From Chthoniobacteraceae bacterium (GTDB taxonomy: Bacteria > Verrucomicrobiota > Verrucomicrobiia > Chthoniobacterales > Chthoniobacteraceae), in NCBI GenBank assembly GCA_031409655.1, contig JANNXQ010000259.1, positions 1-64,000 on the forward strand: 64,000 nt of DNA. Direction: 5' to 3'. How positions within the stretch are numbered: position 1 is the first letter of the stretch; each line of letters opens with the position of its first letter. Made by a program: the position numbers and the translations under genes. Below, one piece after another: positions 1 through 9,859 of this stretch. The notes under the pieces are model-generated. The model was not told the DNA's origin, searched no databases, and worked only from the letters and a program-made list of their open reading frames with translations.

Positions 1-233
1 TACCAGCCGATTTTTCCGTCGGTGTTGGTGTAGCCCACGGAGGGCCGGTTGAAATCGTCGGCCCGGAGCGACGGGGCGAAAAAAATCCAGAAAAGAAGCA
101 GGATAGCCTGAATCATCCCGCAGCCCCCGGTCATTCCCCATGGTGCCAGTGCACATGGATCGTTGGAGCTGTCCGAAATTTTGGTGCGGGATCGCGTTTC
201 CGGCGACGGACTGAGTTTGTGACTAATGTTCAT
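1..233 (-). CDS. 5' part of a secreted protein paralogous to 3257..6205 (runs off the left edge)
   Basis: Manual translation from the ATG at 233 gives MNISHKLSP...GMIQAILLLFWIFFAPSLRADDFNRPSVGYTNTDGKIGW, matching MNSCNKLSP...MIHAILLLLCLSFAPSLRADDFNRPDVAYTHTASNLGW of 3257..6205. Alternative in-frame start at 116. Confidence 0.8.
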   Translation of the reverse strand, partial: MNISHKLSPSPETRSRTKISDSSNDPCALAPWGMTGGCGMIQAILLLFWIFFAPSLRADDFNRPSVGYTNTDGKIGW

Positions 234-376
234 GATGTGGTGCGCAGCGAGGTGAAGTCGTATTCATCGTCATACTTCCCGGTGAGGCCGTTCGCCGCAA
301 CGACGGTCGAGAGAGAGCCCGCGGGCAGGAGCAGCGTGCCGAATGCAGAACTGATGAGAGCAATTCTAAGGTGCAT
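230..376 (-). pseudogene. 48-codon remnant: signal peptide plus the first residues of a PA14-like domain
   Basis: Manual translation: MHLRIALISSAFGTLLLPAGSLSTVVAANGLTGKYDDEYDFTSLRTTS*. NGLTGKYxDxxDFTxL resembles the start of a PA14 domain. Its ATG overlaps the end of 366..3260 and its TGA overlaps the next ATG (ATGA). Confidence 0.6.
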
Positions 377-3260
377 TTTGTGTGACTTTCAAACGCAGGT
401 AGCGCGATGAAATCGTGCTCGCCGTGGGAATGGTGGCCCTGACGGTTTGCACGGTGCCGTTGTCGGTGAGGATCGCCTGAGTTACTCCGCTGGTGGACCA
501 GGAGTTTGTGGCGAAGGTGTCGCTCCACTCGACGGCAAAAGTCACCCCGCCGGTGAGTGCGGCTTTGCTGCGGGTGTAGGTGATCTCCACAGCGCTGGCG
601 GTGCGGATGGCGGAGAGTGCGACGTGGCTGGAGGCTGTGGGATTCTGCGCGGTGGCGTATTCGAGGAGGTTCTGCTCGCCGTCGTTGTTCGGATCGAAGG
701 TGTCGGCTGCGATGCCGGTGTTCGCGGTGGTGCCGAAGTAGGCGAAGCGCCACGTTTCCAAGGTAGTGCCGGTGACGGTCAGGACAAAGGTGTCGCTGGC
801 GGTCCGGGCGCCATCGCTCACGGTGGTGGCAATCGTGGCGGTGCCGAGTTGATTGGCGGCGGGGGTTACGGTGACGGTGCGGTTCGCGCCGCTGCCGCCG
901 AAGACGATGCCTGAGGTGGGGACGAGCGTCGGATTTGACGATGCTTTCGTGAGTGCGAGCGCGAATGCAGAGGTGAAGTCGTCGCCCACGGTAAGGGCCA
1001 GCGCGGACGTCGCTGAGTTCCTGCCGATGGATTGGTCAGCCGGGCCGGTGATGGTCGGGGCAGTGTCCGGTGCGACGCTCAAATTCTCGGCGCTCGTCTC
1101 AGTCCAGTCGGTCATCGTCGCGGCGCAGACGGAGAGGCCGGCGAAAATGCTCGCAGGCATCGTGATGGTCTGCGGCGCGCCGAAGGTCGTCCACGTAATG
1201 CCGTCCGGCGAGTGTGAGGTAGTGAACACATTTCCGCGCCGATGAATGCGCACCCATTCCACGCGTCCGCCCACCGCACCGAGATCGGCGGTGGCGCTTG
1301 CGGCGGCGGCGGTGCGGCGGATCGTTTCCATCCGGTCGTCTCCGCGCCAGCCGAGGTGGACGATTGCGGAGTCGGCGGAGAGCGAAGCCCGCATCATCAC
1401 GCCGCTTTTGGAAGTCCCCTGCGCAGTCTCAAAGCTCCTCAGCCGCGCCGTCACCGCGCCGTCGCCAGTCAGCCCCGTATGCACGAAACGATGACTGTCC
1501 GCCGTGCTCGAAACATCGCTGCCTGAGCCGCGCAGCACCCAGCGCCCGCCGCGCATCCCGCTTTCGCCGGCCAGCCCCACCGTGCCGATGTCCGTCGCCG
1601 TCCAGCCCGCAGTCAGCGATTCGGCGAGGAAGAAATCATCCACATCCACCACGCTGATTGCGGCGCTCGCCGGGATGTATAAAAAGATCGTCGCGCTCGT
1701 CGCCGACGCGTCCATCGTGAAAGTATGCGTGTGCTTTGTCCATGTGTTGCCCGTGCCCGTCTTGCTCGTCGAAGTCTGCGCCGCACCGTGATTTTTCACA
1801 CCGAGCTGCAGCGACTGATTGTCCGTGCGCATCCAGCACGACAGCCGGTAAGTCGCCCCCGGAGTCAGCCCGACCACGGTCTGTTCGGCCCCGCGATCCG
1901 CCGCCGGGTTATTAAAACGAAACGCATAACCGCCCGAGCGCACCGGCGACACCGAACGCACCAGCGTGTCCCCGTACGGCGACCAAAACTCATCTTCTCT
2001 CCCCGATTCAAACCCTGCGTCCATCGTCGCTGCCGCGCGCCGCACTTGCATATCGTCCGCATACGCATCGCCGTACTGCGCCGGCACCCACGCAAACACG
2101 CGCGCCGATGTCTCCGTCAGCCCCATCGTAAAAGGCACCTCCGCCTCCGTGAAACCCGTGCTGCTGATCGCATCGTAAAACTGCGCACCGCCGAAGTTTT
2201 TCACCCCGAGCCGAATCTCCGGCCACGCCGCCGAGCCCACCGTCCCATAGCCCGTCAGCACATAAGGCACACCCGGCACCAAGCCCGATACCGTCTGCTC
2301 GAAATTCGCACCCGACGCCGTCTGCGGATTAATGCGGCCGCCTGCGCCGCCACTGCGCCCGCCCGTCGCCGACCACGATGAATTTCCCGACTGATCCCAA
2401 TTTCCCAGTCGGTAAGTCCACCCGCCATTTCCCACCCGCTCCGAGCGCGAATAAAAGCGCACATAATCCACCTCCATCTTCCCGTTCGTCGAAGCCCCGA
2501 GCGTCCCGTAGCCGCCCGACGGAATATTGTAAGCCCAGCCCCCCGTCTCCACCTCACTCGTGAGATAAATGAAATGATTAACGTGCGACACCGCAGTCGT
2601 CTGCGACCATACCTCCACGCCATCGATATAAAAGCGATTGATCCCCGGCTCCCACAGCACCCCGTAAGTATGCCAGTTCCCCTGCAATGCAGTCGCGCCG
2701 GGATTATTCACCAGCCCGCTGCCCACGCTTTTGTGCTCCGCGCCGTAGCCGTCCCAATGCACATTGCTCACCGTCCGATTGTTGATCGTCGCCCCGCCGC
2801 TGTCCCTGTGCCGATGCTCCACCACATCGATCTCCGTGCCATTCGCCGCCGGGTTGTCCCCCGTATTATTAACGGTGGGCGACTGGAGCCAAAACGCAGA
2901 CCACATCCCATCCCGCGAAGTGAACCGCGCCCGCGCCTCCCAATAGCCGAAAGCATCCGTGAACTTCCCGCTCGATCCCACAAACCCCGTCTTGTGAACC
3001 CCAGATTCCGTGTAAGTCGCAATCGTCATCGCCCCGCCGCCCATGCTCACTGCCGCCGCCACATTCTGCGCATCGCGCCGCGCGCCCGTCGTGATGCTCC
3101 ACTTCGTCGTATCCAGCGAAGCGCCGTCAAACTCATCACTCCAATTCAGTGCCCACCCCGCCCCCGGAACCTGCGCCCGCACCTCAAAACCAAGGCACGA
3201 CAAAAAGACGCAGACAAGAACGAGGTTGAAACGCATACGAAGAAGGGTGGACATGGTCAT
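366..3260 (-). CDS. Secreted GH16 glycoside hydrolase with two CBM-like beta-sandwiches, a further beta-sandwich, an Ig-like repeat and the shared C-terminal cassette
   Basis: Signal peptide (...GFEVRA|Q); GH16 motifs WSDEFDG, GMWSAFWL, catalytic EIDVVE, WHTYGVLW and MEVDYVRFY; ends ...YLRLKVTQNAP. Confidence 0.85.
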   Translation of the reverse strand: MTMSTLLRMRFNLVLVCVFLSCLGFEVRAQVPGAGWALNWSDEFDGASLDTTKWSITTGARRDAQNVAAAVSMGGGAMTIATYTESGVHKTGFVGSSGKFTDAFGYWEARARFTSRDGMWSAFWLQSPTVNNTGDNPAANGTEIDVVEHRHRDSGGATINNRTVSNVHWDGYGAEHKSVGSGLVNNPGATALQGNWHTYGVLWEPGINRFYIDGVEVWSQTTAVSHVNHFIYLTSEVETGGWAYNIPSGGYGTLGASTNGKMEVDYVRFYSRSERVGNGGWTYRLGNWDQSGNSSWSATGGRSGGAGGRINPQTASGANFEQTVSGLVPGVPYVLTGYGTVGSAAWPEIRLGVKNFGGAQFYDAISSTGFTEAEVPFTMGLTETSARVFAWVPAQYGDAYADDMQVRRAAATMDAGFESGREDEFWSPYGDTLVRSVSPVRSGGYAFRFNNPAADRGAEQTVVGLTPGATYRLSCWMRTDNQSLQLGVKNHGAAQTSTSKTGTGNTWTKHTHTFTMDASATSATIFLYIPASAAISVVDVDDFFLAESLTAGWTATDIGTVGLAGESGMRGGRWVLRGSGSDVSSTADSHRFVHTGLTGDGAVTARLRSFETAQGTSKSGVMMRASLSADSAIVHLGWRGDDRMETIRRTAAAASATADLGAVGGRVEWVRIHRRGNVFTTSHSPDGITWTTFGAPQTITMPASIFAGLSVCAATMTDWTETSAENLSVAPDTAPTITGPADQSIGRNSATSALALTVGDDFTSAFALALTKASSNPTLVPTSGIVFGGSGANRTVTVTPAANQLGTATIATTVSDGARTASDTFVLTVTGTTLETWRFAYFGTTANTGIAADTFDPNNDGEQNLLEYATAQNPTASSHVALSAIRTASAVEITYTRSKAALTGGVTFAVEWSDTFATNSWSTSGVTQAILTDNGTVQTVRATIPTASTISSRYLRLKVTQNAP

Positions 3261-6205
3261 GGCGCGGTGACTTTCAAATGCAGGTAGCGGCGGAAAATGG
3301 TGCTGTCACTTGGGATGGTGGCGTTCACTGTTTGCACGGTGCCGTTGTCGGTGAGGACCGTCTGCGTCACGCCGGTCGCAGACCAGGAGTTGGTGGCGAG
3401 AGTGTCGCTCCACTCGACGGCGAAAGTAAAACCGCCCGTGAGCGCGGCTTTGCTGCGGGGGTAGGTGATCTCCACGGAGCTGGCGGTGCGGATGGCTGAG
3501 AGTGTGACGAGGCTGGTGGTGTTGGGGTTTTGCCCGGTGGCGTATTCGAGGAGGTTCGCTTCGCCGTCGTTGTTGGCGTCGAACGTGTCGGCGGAGTTGC
3601 CGGTGTTGGCCGTGGTGCCGAAGTTGGCGAAGCGCCACGTCTCCAGCGGCGCGCCGGTGACGGTGACGACGAACGTGTCGCTCGCGGTGAGTGTGCCGTC
3701 GCTCACGGTGACCGTGATGGTGGAACTGCCGAGTTGATTCGCGGCCGGGGTGACGGTGACGGTGCGACCCGCGCCGCTGCCACCGAAGACGATGGCCGAA
3801 AGCGGAATGAGCGCCGGGTTCGACGAAGCCTTCGTCAGCGTGAGCGACGTCGCGGCGGTCTCGATGTCCGCAATCGTGAACGAAAGCGCGCCAGTAGCAG
3901 TATTCACCGCGATGCCCTGGGCGGCGATGTTGCTGATCGTCGGCGCGTCGTTCACGGCGCTGACGGTCAGCAGGAAGGTGTCACTGGCCGTGAGTGCGCC
4001 CTCGCTGACCGTGACCGTAATCGTCGCCGTTCCGTTCATGTTTGGAGCGGGAGTCACGGTCACGGTGCGGCTCGCGCCGCTGCCGCCGATGACGATGTTG
4101 GCCGTCGGGACGAGCGCGGTGTTGGAGGAAGACTTCGCGAGTGTGAGCGATGCGGCGGCGGTAAAATCGTCGGCGACGGTGAACGGGATTGCACTCGTCG
4201 CGGTGTCTTCGTTCACGGTTTGATTCGCGACGTTGCTGATGGTCGGGGGAGCGTTGATCCCGTGAGTCAGGGTCGGGTAAACGAAATAGGTTTCCGCATC
4301 GCCCGAGGGATCGATCGCGGCACGATCCACGGAATCCAACAACGCCTTGACTTCCAAGTTCGCGGGATAGCGTTTGTGGGCGACTTCGTAAGCCGCAGCC
4401 TTGTAGCCACCCGCGCCGAACCCCTCGCCCGTGTAAAACCCGCCCTTGATGGATGAAGTGCCCGTGCGGACGAAGTCGGCGTAGAAATCAAACGGCTTCT
4501 CCAACGTTTCGCCATAGGCCCCTGTCCGCTGATAGAGATCCAGGCCGTTGGCGAAGAGAGTCTCCGACATGGCCATCATCTGGCGAAGCGAGAGCTGCCC
4601 ATAGTAAAGGCCGAGATCCTCGACGTGGCGGTAGCGATCGACGATTTCACCGTCCTGGGGCGGCGGATTCATGGTGTCGGCGGGGGCCACGAAGGGATCG
4701 CCGGCCATGAGGATCATGCCATCGAAGAGTTCGAGGAAATCACGGGGGTTTTCCGGGCTGTCCACTGCGAACTGAACCAGCGATTGATCACCGATGGCGT
4801 AACCAATCAACAGATAGCCCATGGTGTGCGAGACCAGATGGTTCTGATAAAGCTGCCCGCCGAAATAGATGCTATCCAGGTTGCTGGATTCCACCCATCC
4901 GCGCGGATCGGTGGTGGAACGTTGGAAGGGCGTATTCCACCGGTCGATGCCTTGCTGAAGCGTCGGGAGCACCGCGCGAAACCAGTTTTCCACCACCGTC
5001 CGCTCGGCGGCGCTGAGCGTGGCGTGGAGATAGTCGTAGGAGAAGACGAATTGGTTGATGCTCCGCGCCAGTTCCATGCTGGCATTTGGAAAGCGAATCG
5101 TCTCGTCAAAGTCCGTGCCGGGCAGAGGCGTCGCTTGCGCCCAAGCCAGCAGGATTTCCCTGGCTTTGGCTGCATGGGCAGCGTTGCCCTTTAACTGATA
5201 GGCCAGCGCCATCTTCGCGGCCTGGCCGCCGGCGACCTTCGCTCGATCAAAAAAGACTGATGAGTCCCGCCCCGTGTAAGGGGCGCCCACGGGGTCATTG
5301 CTCCACGCATCCGCCCGGGATTTCAAATCCAACCAAGCGGAATAGCGGGGCTCCACCTGGGCGTTGATGGCGTTCTTGATTTCGACGACATCGGCGGAGT
5401 TGAGCAGGAGTCGTGGATGCGGCTGGGTGATGGGCGGGACGGTGATTTCCCGGACGTAGAAATTGTCGAAGTGGCAAATATCCGAGTTTCCATCCCCAAT
5501 GCTCTTGATGATGCCGGCGTAGCCGCTCGTATAGCTGGCATCGGTAAACGAACCGCTGGCGACGACGGTTCCCGCTGGGTTTTTGACGTTCCAGTTGAAC
5601 TGCGTGGCGACCGTGGACCATGCGCTGATGGTGTAGTATTTGGTGGTGGCAAAAGTCTCCGATGAACTGGTGTCGCTGGTGTAGATGGTCAGGCTTCCGG
5701 CCGAGCCCCGTCGCAGCACTTGCACCTGCTTGGTATTCAACTGCAGGCGAATTTGATAATGATTCGTTCCCCCGCCGCTCACCATGAATAGCAAACCGGC
5801 GCGTCGGGTAGGGGTTTCGCCCCGCACGTCCACGGAAGCACTCCAATCGCCCGACTGCAGAGTGACTCGGGTATGGTAGAGCGTTTGCTCGGGCTCCTGG
5901 AGTGACGGATTCGCGTTATTCACCAGGATCTCGTGATCGGTCAGCGACCAGGTGCTGGCCCCGCTGGCCTGCCAATACCAACCGAGGTTGCTCGCCGTAT
6001 GGGTGTAAGCCACATCGGGCCGGTTGAAGTCGTCGGCCCGGAGCGACGGGGCGAATGAAAGACAAAGCAGGAGCAGGATTGCGTGGATCATCCTGAAGCG
6101 TCCATCGCTGGGGTGGTCGGAATTCCCCGCTCTCCAGATGGACTCGGGAACCGGGGCTCCGAATGGCGTGTCAGACCACGGACTGAGTTTGTTGCACGAG
6201 TTCAT
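3257..6205 (-). CDS. Secreted alginate-lyase-like (alpha/alpha toroid) polysaccharide lyase with N-terminal lectin-like domain, two Ig-like repeats and the shared C-terminal cassette
   Basis: HPRLLL entry motif, ALAY..G...HAAKAREILLAWA, YDYL and QNH motifs; NEDT...VNDAPTI repeats; ends ...YLHLKVTAP. Alternative start at 6091 directly before the signal peptide. Confidence 0.7.
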   Translation of the reverse strand: MNSCNKLSPWSDTPFGAPVPESIWRAGNSDHPSDGRFRMIHAILLLLCLSFAPSLRADDFNRPDVAYTHTASNLGWYWQASGASTWSLTDHEILVNNANPSLQEPEQTLYHTRVTLQSGDWSASVDVRGETPTRRAGLLFMVSGGGTNHYQIRLQLNTKQVQVLRRGSAGSLTIYTSDTSSSETFATTKYYTISAWSTVATQFNWNVKNPAGTVVASGSFTDASYTSGYAGIIKSIGDGNSDICHFDNFYVREITVPPITQPHPRLLLNSADVVEIKNAINAQVEPRYSAWLDLKSRADAWSNDPVGAPYTGRDSSVFFDRAKVAGGQAAKMALAYQLKGNAAHAAKAREILLAWAQATPLPGTDFDETIRFPNASMELARSINQFVFSYDYLHATLSAAERTVVENWFRAVLPTLQQGIDRWNTPFQRSTTDPRGWVESSNLDSIYFGGQLYQNHLVSHTMGYLLIGYAIGDQSLVQFAVDSPENPRDFLELFDGMILMAGDPFVAPADTMNPPPQDGEIVDRYRHVEDLGLYYGQLSLRQMMAMSETLFANGLDLYQRTGAYGETLEKPFDFYADFVRTGTSSIKGGFYTGEGFGAGGYKAAAYEVAHKRYPANLEVKALLDSVDRAAIDPSGDAETYFVYPTLTHGINAPPTISNVANQTVNEDTATSAIPFTVADDFTAAASLTLAKSSSNTALVPTANIVIGGSGASRTVTVTPAPNMNGTATITVTVSEGALTASDTFLLTVSAVNDAPTISNIAAQGIAVNTATGALSFTIADIETAATSLTLTKASSNPALIPLSAIVFGGSGAGRTVTVTPAANQLGSSTITVTVSDGTLTASDTFVVTVTGAPLETWRFANFGTTANTGNSADTFDANNDGEANLLEYATGQNPNTTSLVTLSAIRTASSVEITYPRSKAALTGGFTFAVEWSDTLATNSWSATGVTQTVLTDNGTVQTVNATIPSDSTIFRRYLHLKVTAP

Positions 6206-9200
6206 GGGGCGGTGACGTTAAGCCGGGCAAAGCGCCCACGAGTGGAACCGCTCGTGGGAATGGTGGCTTTGACGGTCTGCACGGTGCCGTTGTCGGTAAG
6301 GACCGTCTGCGTGACGCCGGTGGCGGACCAAGAACTGATTACGAGGGTGTCGCTCCACTCGACGGCGGAAATCACACCGCTGGTGAACGCGGCTTTGCTG
6401 CGGGTGTAGGTGATCTCCACGGCGCTGGCGGTGCGGATGGCTGAGAGCACGACGCGACTGCTGGCGTTGGGATTTTGCGCGGTGGCGTATTCGAGGAAGT
6501 TCTGCTCACCGTCGTTGTTCGCGTCGGCGAGGTCGGCGGCGTTGCCGGTGTTCGCAGTGGTGCCGAAGTTGGCGAAGCGCCACGTTTCGATGGCAGTGCC
6601 GGTGACGGTGACGAGAAAGGTGTCACTCGCGGTGAGGGTGCCATCGCTCACGGTGATGGTAATCGTGGCGGTGCCGAGTTGATTGGTCGCGGGGGTGATG
6701 GTCACGGTGCGGTTCGCTCCGCTGCCGCCGAAGACGATACCCGCGGCGGGAACCAGCGTGGTGTTGGAGGAGGACTTTGTGAGCGTGAGCGCGGTCGCGG
6801 CGGTTTCGATATCACCGATGGTGACGCCGAGGGCTCCGGTATTGGCATTCACCGCGATGCTGCGGTCGGCGATGTTGCTGATCGTGGGCGCGTCGTTCAC
6901 GGCGGTGACGGTGAGTGTAAATGTGTCAATCGTGGTGAGCGCACCGTCGCTGCCGCTGACCGTGATCGTGGCGGTGCCACTTTGGTTTGCTGCGGGCGTG
7001 ACGGTGACGGTGCGGTTCACGCCGCTGCCGCCGAAGACGATGTTGGCATTGGGCACGAGCGCGGTGTTGCTCGAAGTGCCGCTGACGGTCAGCGAGGCCG
7101 CGGCGGTGAAGTCGTCGCCGAGAGTGACAGGCAGCGCCGTCGTGGCGGTGTCCTCGTTCACGGTCTGATTCGCCACGTTGCTGATCGTCGGGGTGGTGTT
7201 TTCGAAGGTCAGGATGAGTTGAGGCCGATTGGCGACAGTCGAGTTTTCGCGCGAAGCATAGGTGACGTTGCCAGAGCCGCCGTAGTTGTCCGTGGAGAGG
7301 ATGCTCAGCGAAAGTTTGTCATCGCCGAGCAAGGCGTCCGCGACCTGCGGGGTGACGGTAAACTCCACGGGTTGCCCCGTGACCGGGAGCCACTGGGCGA
7401 AGAGTTTGCCCGCGGCGGGCTTGTTGTTGAAGGTCAGCGTGGTCTCGCTCCAGGTATCGCTGCTCACCAAGGTCGCGCAGCTTTCATTGCCAGCCTGGCT
7501 GGCCGAGGTTCCGGCGAGCCGCACTCTGGCCTGCACGATTTTCCCGCTCACGCCGCTGAGATCCCAGCGGAGAAACGCCTCACGATTCACGTCGCTGGCG
7601 GTGATGTCCTTGGTCTGCAACGACGTGGCCGTTCCGAAGTTCGAGTCCGCATTCACTCCGCCCTGCACGTAAGCGTCGGCGACCGGCAGGAGCGTGACGG
7701 TATGTGTGGAGGGCTGGACCTTTTGCACCTGCAGATGCAGCACGGCGAAATCCACCACGCTGTCGTTGCCGACGGCCACATTCAGCCGGCCATCGGCGAG
7801 CAACGCGGGGCTCACCTCGACGGTGCGCACGGTCGGCGCGGCGGTGGAGATGGGCGTCCAGCCCAGGCTGGAACAGGCTTGCGCGCCGCCGATCGAGTCG
7901 AGTCGCAGGCGGTCGTCGCCGGAGCCGGAGCCAATCGCGCGCAGGCTCACGGTGAGCGACGCGGCCACGATGGTATCGCCGGGATCGAGCGTGAAATCGA
8001 AGGTGAACGCCGTGCGCCGTGTGCCGGTGAGCAGGTCGAAGAGCGCATCCGCCGGCGTGGCGTCGATGGCCTGCACTTGCGCGAGCCACGCGGGATCGAC
8101 CGCGGCGGCCTCGCCGACTCCGCCGGTGCTGGAGTGCTGATCGATGTCGCCGAGCCACACTTCGCGAAACTCCGAGGCCGGCCACTTCAGCCGCTGCTGG
8201 AGCTGCCCGTAGTAAAGGCTGCGCGGATGCACGGGCACGCCGCTGGGGCCGCTGCTGTCATAGGTGCCCGCCGGGTCGGCGCCGACGGGGTCGGAACTGG
8301 CATACGTCGGCCCGATGGAACCGACGAGCCAATTGCGCGCCGTGGGCGGATTCCGCACGCGAAAGCCGTCTGCTTTGCAATTCCACACCGCCATGTAAGC
8401 GCCCGCCCAGCCGTGACCGGTGCCGAGGTTGCCGCGGTTCTGAACGTTGATGTAGTGGCCGTTTATCGTGATCAGATCGAACAATCCTCCGACCGACCAG
8501 CGGTGATGCGGCCCGGTATCGGAATAGGACGTATCCGAGGTGCCATGCACGAAGACATTCGGCCCAGGGACGGCGGAGCCGAAGGCGAAATCATGCCGGC
8601 CCTTGCGCGCATGGTTATTCACGAAGAGCGCCAGTTCGCTCCCGTTATTCGAGAATGGATAGCGCCTGCCGCCGTCGATGATCGAGATCGGGTCGAGGCA
8701 CTGCGAATCCGCGACGGTGATCCATTTCCCGTCGCCGTCGAGCCTCACCGCATTTGATCCGAAATACTGCGCCGTGATATTGCGCACCCAGCCGTGCTGC
8801 GTCTTGCCCATGCTGATGAAAGTCCACGCGTGATTTTCGTCCGTGCTGCTCACGTAATCGGAGAAGCCGTAGAGGTCCTCGATGCCCACCTGCTCGATGC
8901 GACCGCTGAAAGTATAACGCCACACCTGCCCGCCGCCGTATTGCGATTCGAAGGTCTGCGGCAGCGGCGCGTCCACGGTGATCCAGTTCCCCTCGATCCG
9001 CGTGATCACGCGATCGAAAAGGAGATGTTTCGACTCGGCGGTCCACGGCTCATCACCCGGATCGCCGCCACTTCCCGGCCCGAGCTGATCCATGTCGATA
9101 TCCGCGATCCAGTTCGCCGTTTTCGGTCGGTTCACCTGCACGGTATGCCCCACGGCGAGGCCGCTGGTGCTGTCCACTTCAAACGTCCGCGCGCCCGCGG

Positions 9201-9750
9201 GCACGAGCTTCTGCGTGAGGTCGTGCGTCGTGCCACTCACCGTGCTGTGACTGCCGGAGCCAGTCACGGAGATGAGCGTGTATTGCCGTGCATCCGTCGC
9301 CCGCAGCCGCGTGCCGGTGGTGGCGGAATCCCCCGCGCCTTTTAATACCACGCCGCTCGCCTCGATCGTGACCGTGCTCGGGAGCTGGTATTCGCCGGCA
9401 TTGAGGAAGACCACGCCGCGCCAGCCATTTGCATCCGGCGTCATCGCCTCCACGGAATCAATCGCCGCCTGGATCAGCGCCGTGTCATCGCCGGTGCCGG
9501 GGCTGACATACACCCAGCGACTCTGCGGGATGAGCGCCATGACATTCGGCAACGGCTCCGTGCCGCCGCGATACCCGCACTGGGAAAAATCCGTGATGCG
9601 TTGTCCGCGGGAGTCGAGTTGGTAGAGCAGATTCCCCGTCGCCGAGGGATAAACCCACGCCCCATTCGGGGCCTGCGCCACGCTCCGCCCGGGACTCCAC
9701 ACCAGAAGGAGCGCGAAAAGAACACGGGAATAGCGGCGGAGGGAATTCAT
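6202..9750 (-). CDS. Secreted parallel beta-helix (pectate lyase superfamily) protein with a DNRLRE/CBM-like module, two Ig-like repeats and the shared C-terminal cassette
   Basis: Signal peptide; DFSQCGYRGG, DDTALIQAAID, GPHHRWSVGGLFD and GHGWAGAYMAVWN motifs; VADAYVQGG..ADSNFG module; ends ...FARLNVTAP. ATGA overlap with 3257..6205. Confidence 0.72.
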   Translation of the reverse strand: MNSLRRYSRVLFALLLVWSPGRSVAQAPNGAWVYPSATGNLLYQLDSRGQRITDFSQCGYRGGTEPLPNVMALIPQSRWVYVSPGTGDDTALIQAAIDSVEAMTPDANGWRGVVFLNAGEYQLPSTVTIEASGVVLKGAGDSATTGTRLRATDARQYTLISVTGSGSHSTVSGTTHDLTQKLVPAGARTFEVDSTSGLAVGHTVQVNRPKTANWIADIDMDQLGPGSGGDPGDEPWTAESKHLLFDRVITRIEGNWITVDAPLPQTFESQYGGGQVWRYTFSGRIEQVGIEDLYGFSDYVSSTDENHAWTFISMGKTQHGWVRNITAQYFGSNAVRLDGDGKWITVADSQCLDPISIIDGGRRYPFSNNGSELALFVNNHARKGRHDFAFGSAVPGPNVFVHGTSDTSYSDTGPHHRWSVGGLFDLITINGHYINVQNRGNLGTGHGWAGAYMAVWNCKADGFRVRNPPTARNWLVGSIGPTYASSDPVGADPAGTYDSSGPSGVPVHPRSLYYGQLQQRLKWPASEFREVWLGDIDQHSSTGGVGEAAAVDPAWLAQVQAIDATPADALFDLLTGTRRTAFTFDFTLDPGDTIVAASLTVSLRAIGSGSGDDRLRLDSIGGAQACSSLGWTPISTAAPTVRTVEVSPALLADGRLNVAVGNDSVVDFAVLHLQVQKVQPSTHTVTLLPVADAYVQGGVNADSNFGTATSLQTKDITASDVNREAFLRWDLSGVSGKIVQARVRLAGTSASQAGNESCATLVSSDTWSETTLTFNNKPAAGKLFAQWLPVTGQPVEFTVTPQVADALLGDDKLSLSILSTDNYGGSGNVTYASRENSTVANRPQLILTFENTTPTISNVANQTVNEDTATTALPVTLGDDFTAAASLTVSGTSSNTALVPNANIVFGGSGVNRTVTVTPAANQSGTATITVSGSDGALTTIDTFTLTVTAVNDAPTISNIADRSIAVNANTGALGVTIGDIETAATALTLTKSSSNTTLVPAAGIVFGGSGANRTVTITPATNQLGTATITITVSDGTLTASDTFLVTVTGTAIETWRFANFGTTANTGNAADLADANNDGEQNFLEYATAQNPNASSRVVLSAIRTASAVEITYTRSKAAFTSGVISAVEWSDTLVISSWSATGVTQTVLTDNGTVQTVKATIPTSGSTRGRFARLNVTAP

Positions 9751-9859
9751 TCGGCTGGAGGGAGCGATACGATAGCCGAGAGGGGCGGTCTCTCAACCAA
9801 ACGTTCCTAGCCTGTTCCTTTGCCCGTCCTGCCCGCACGGCAATCGGATGCGGGGCCGC

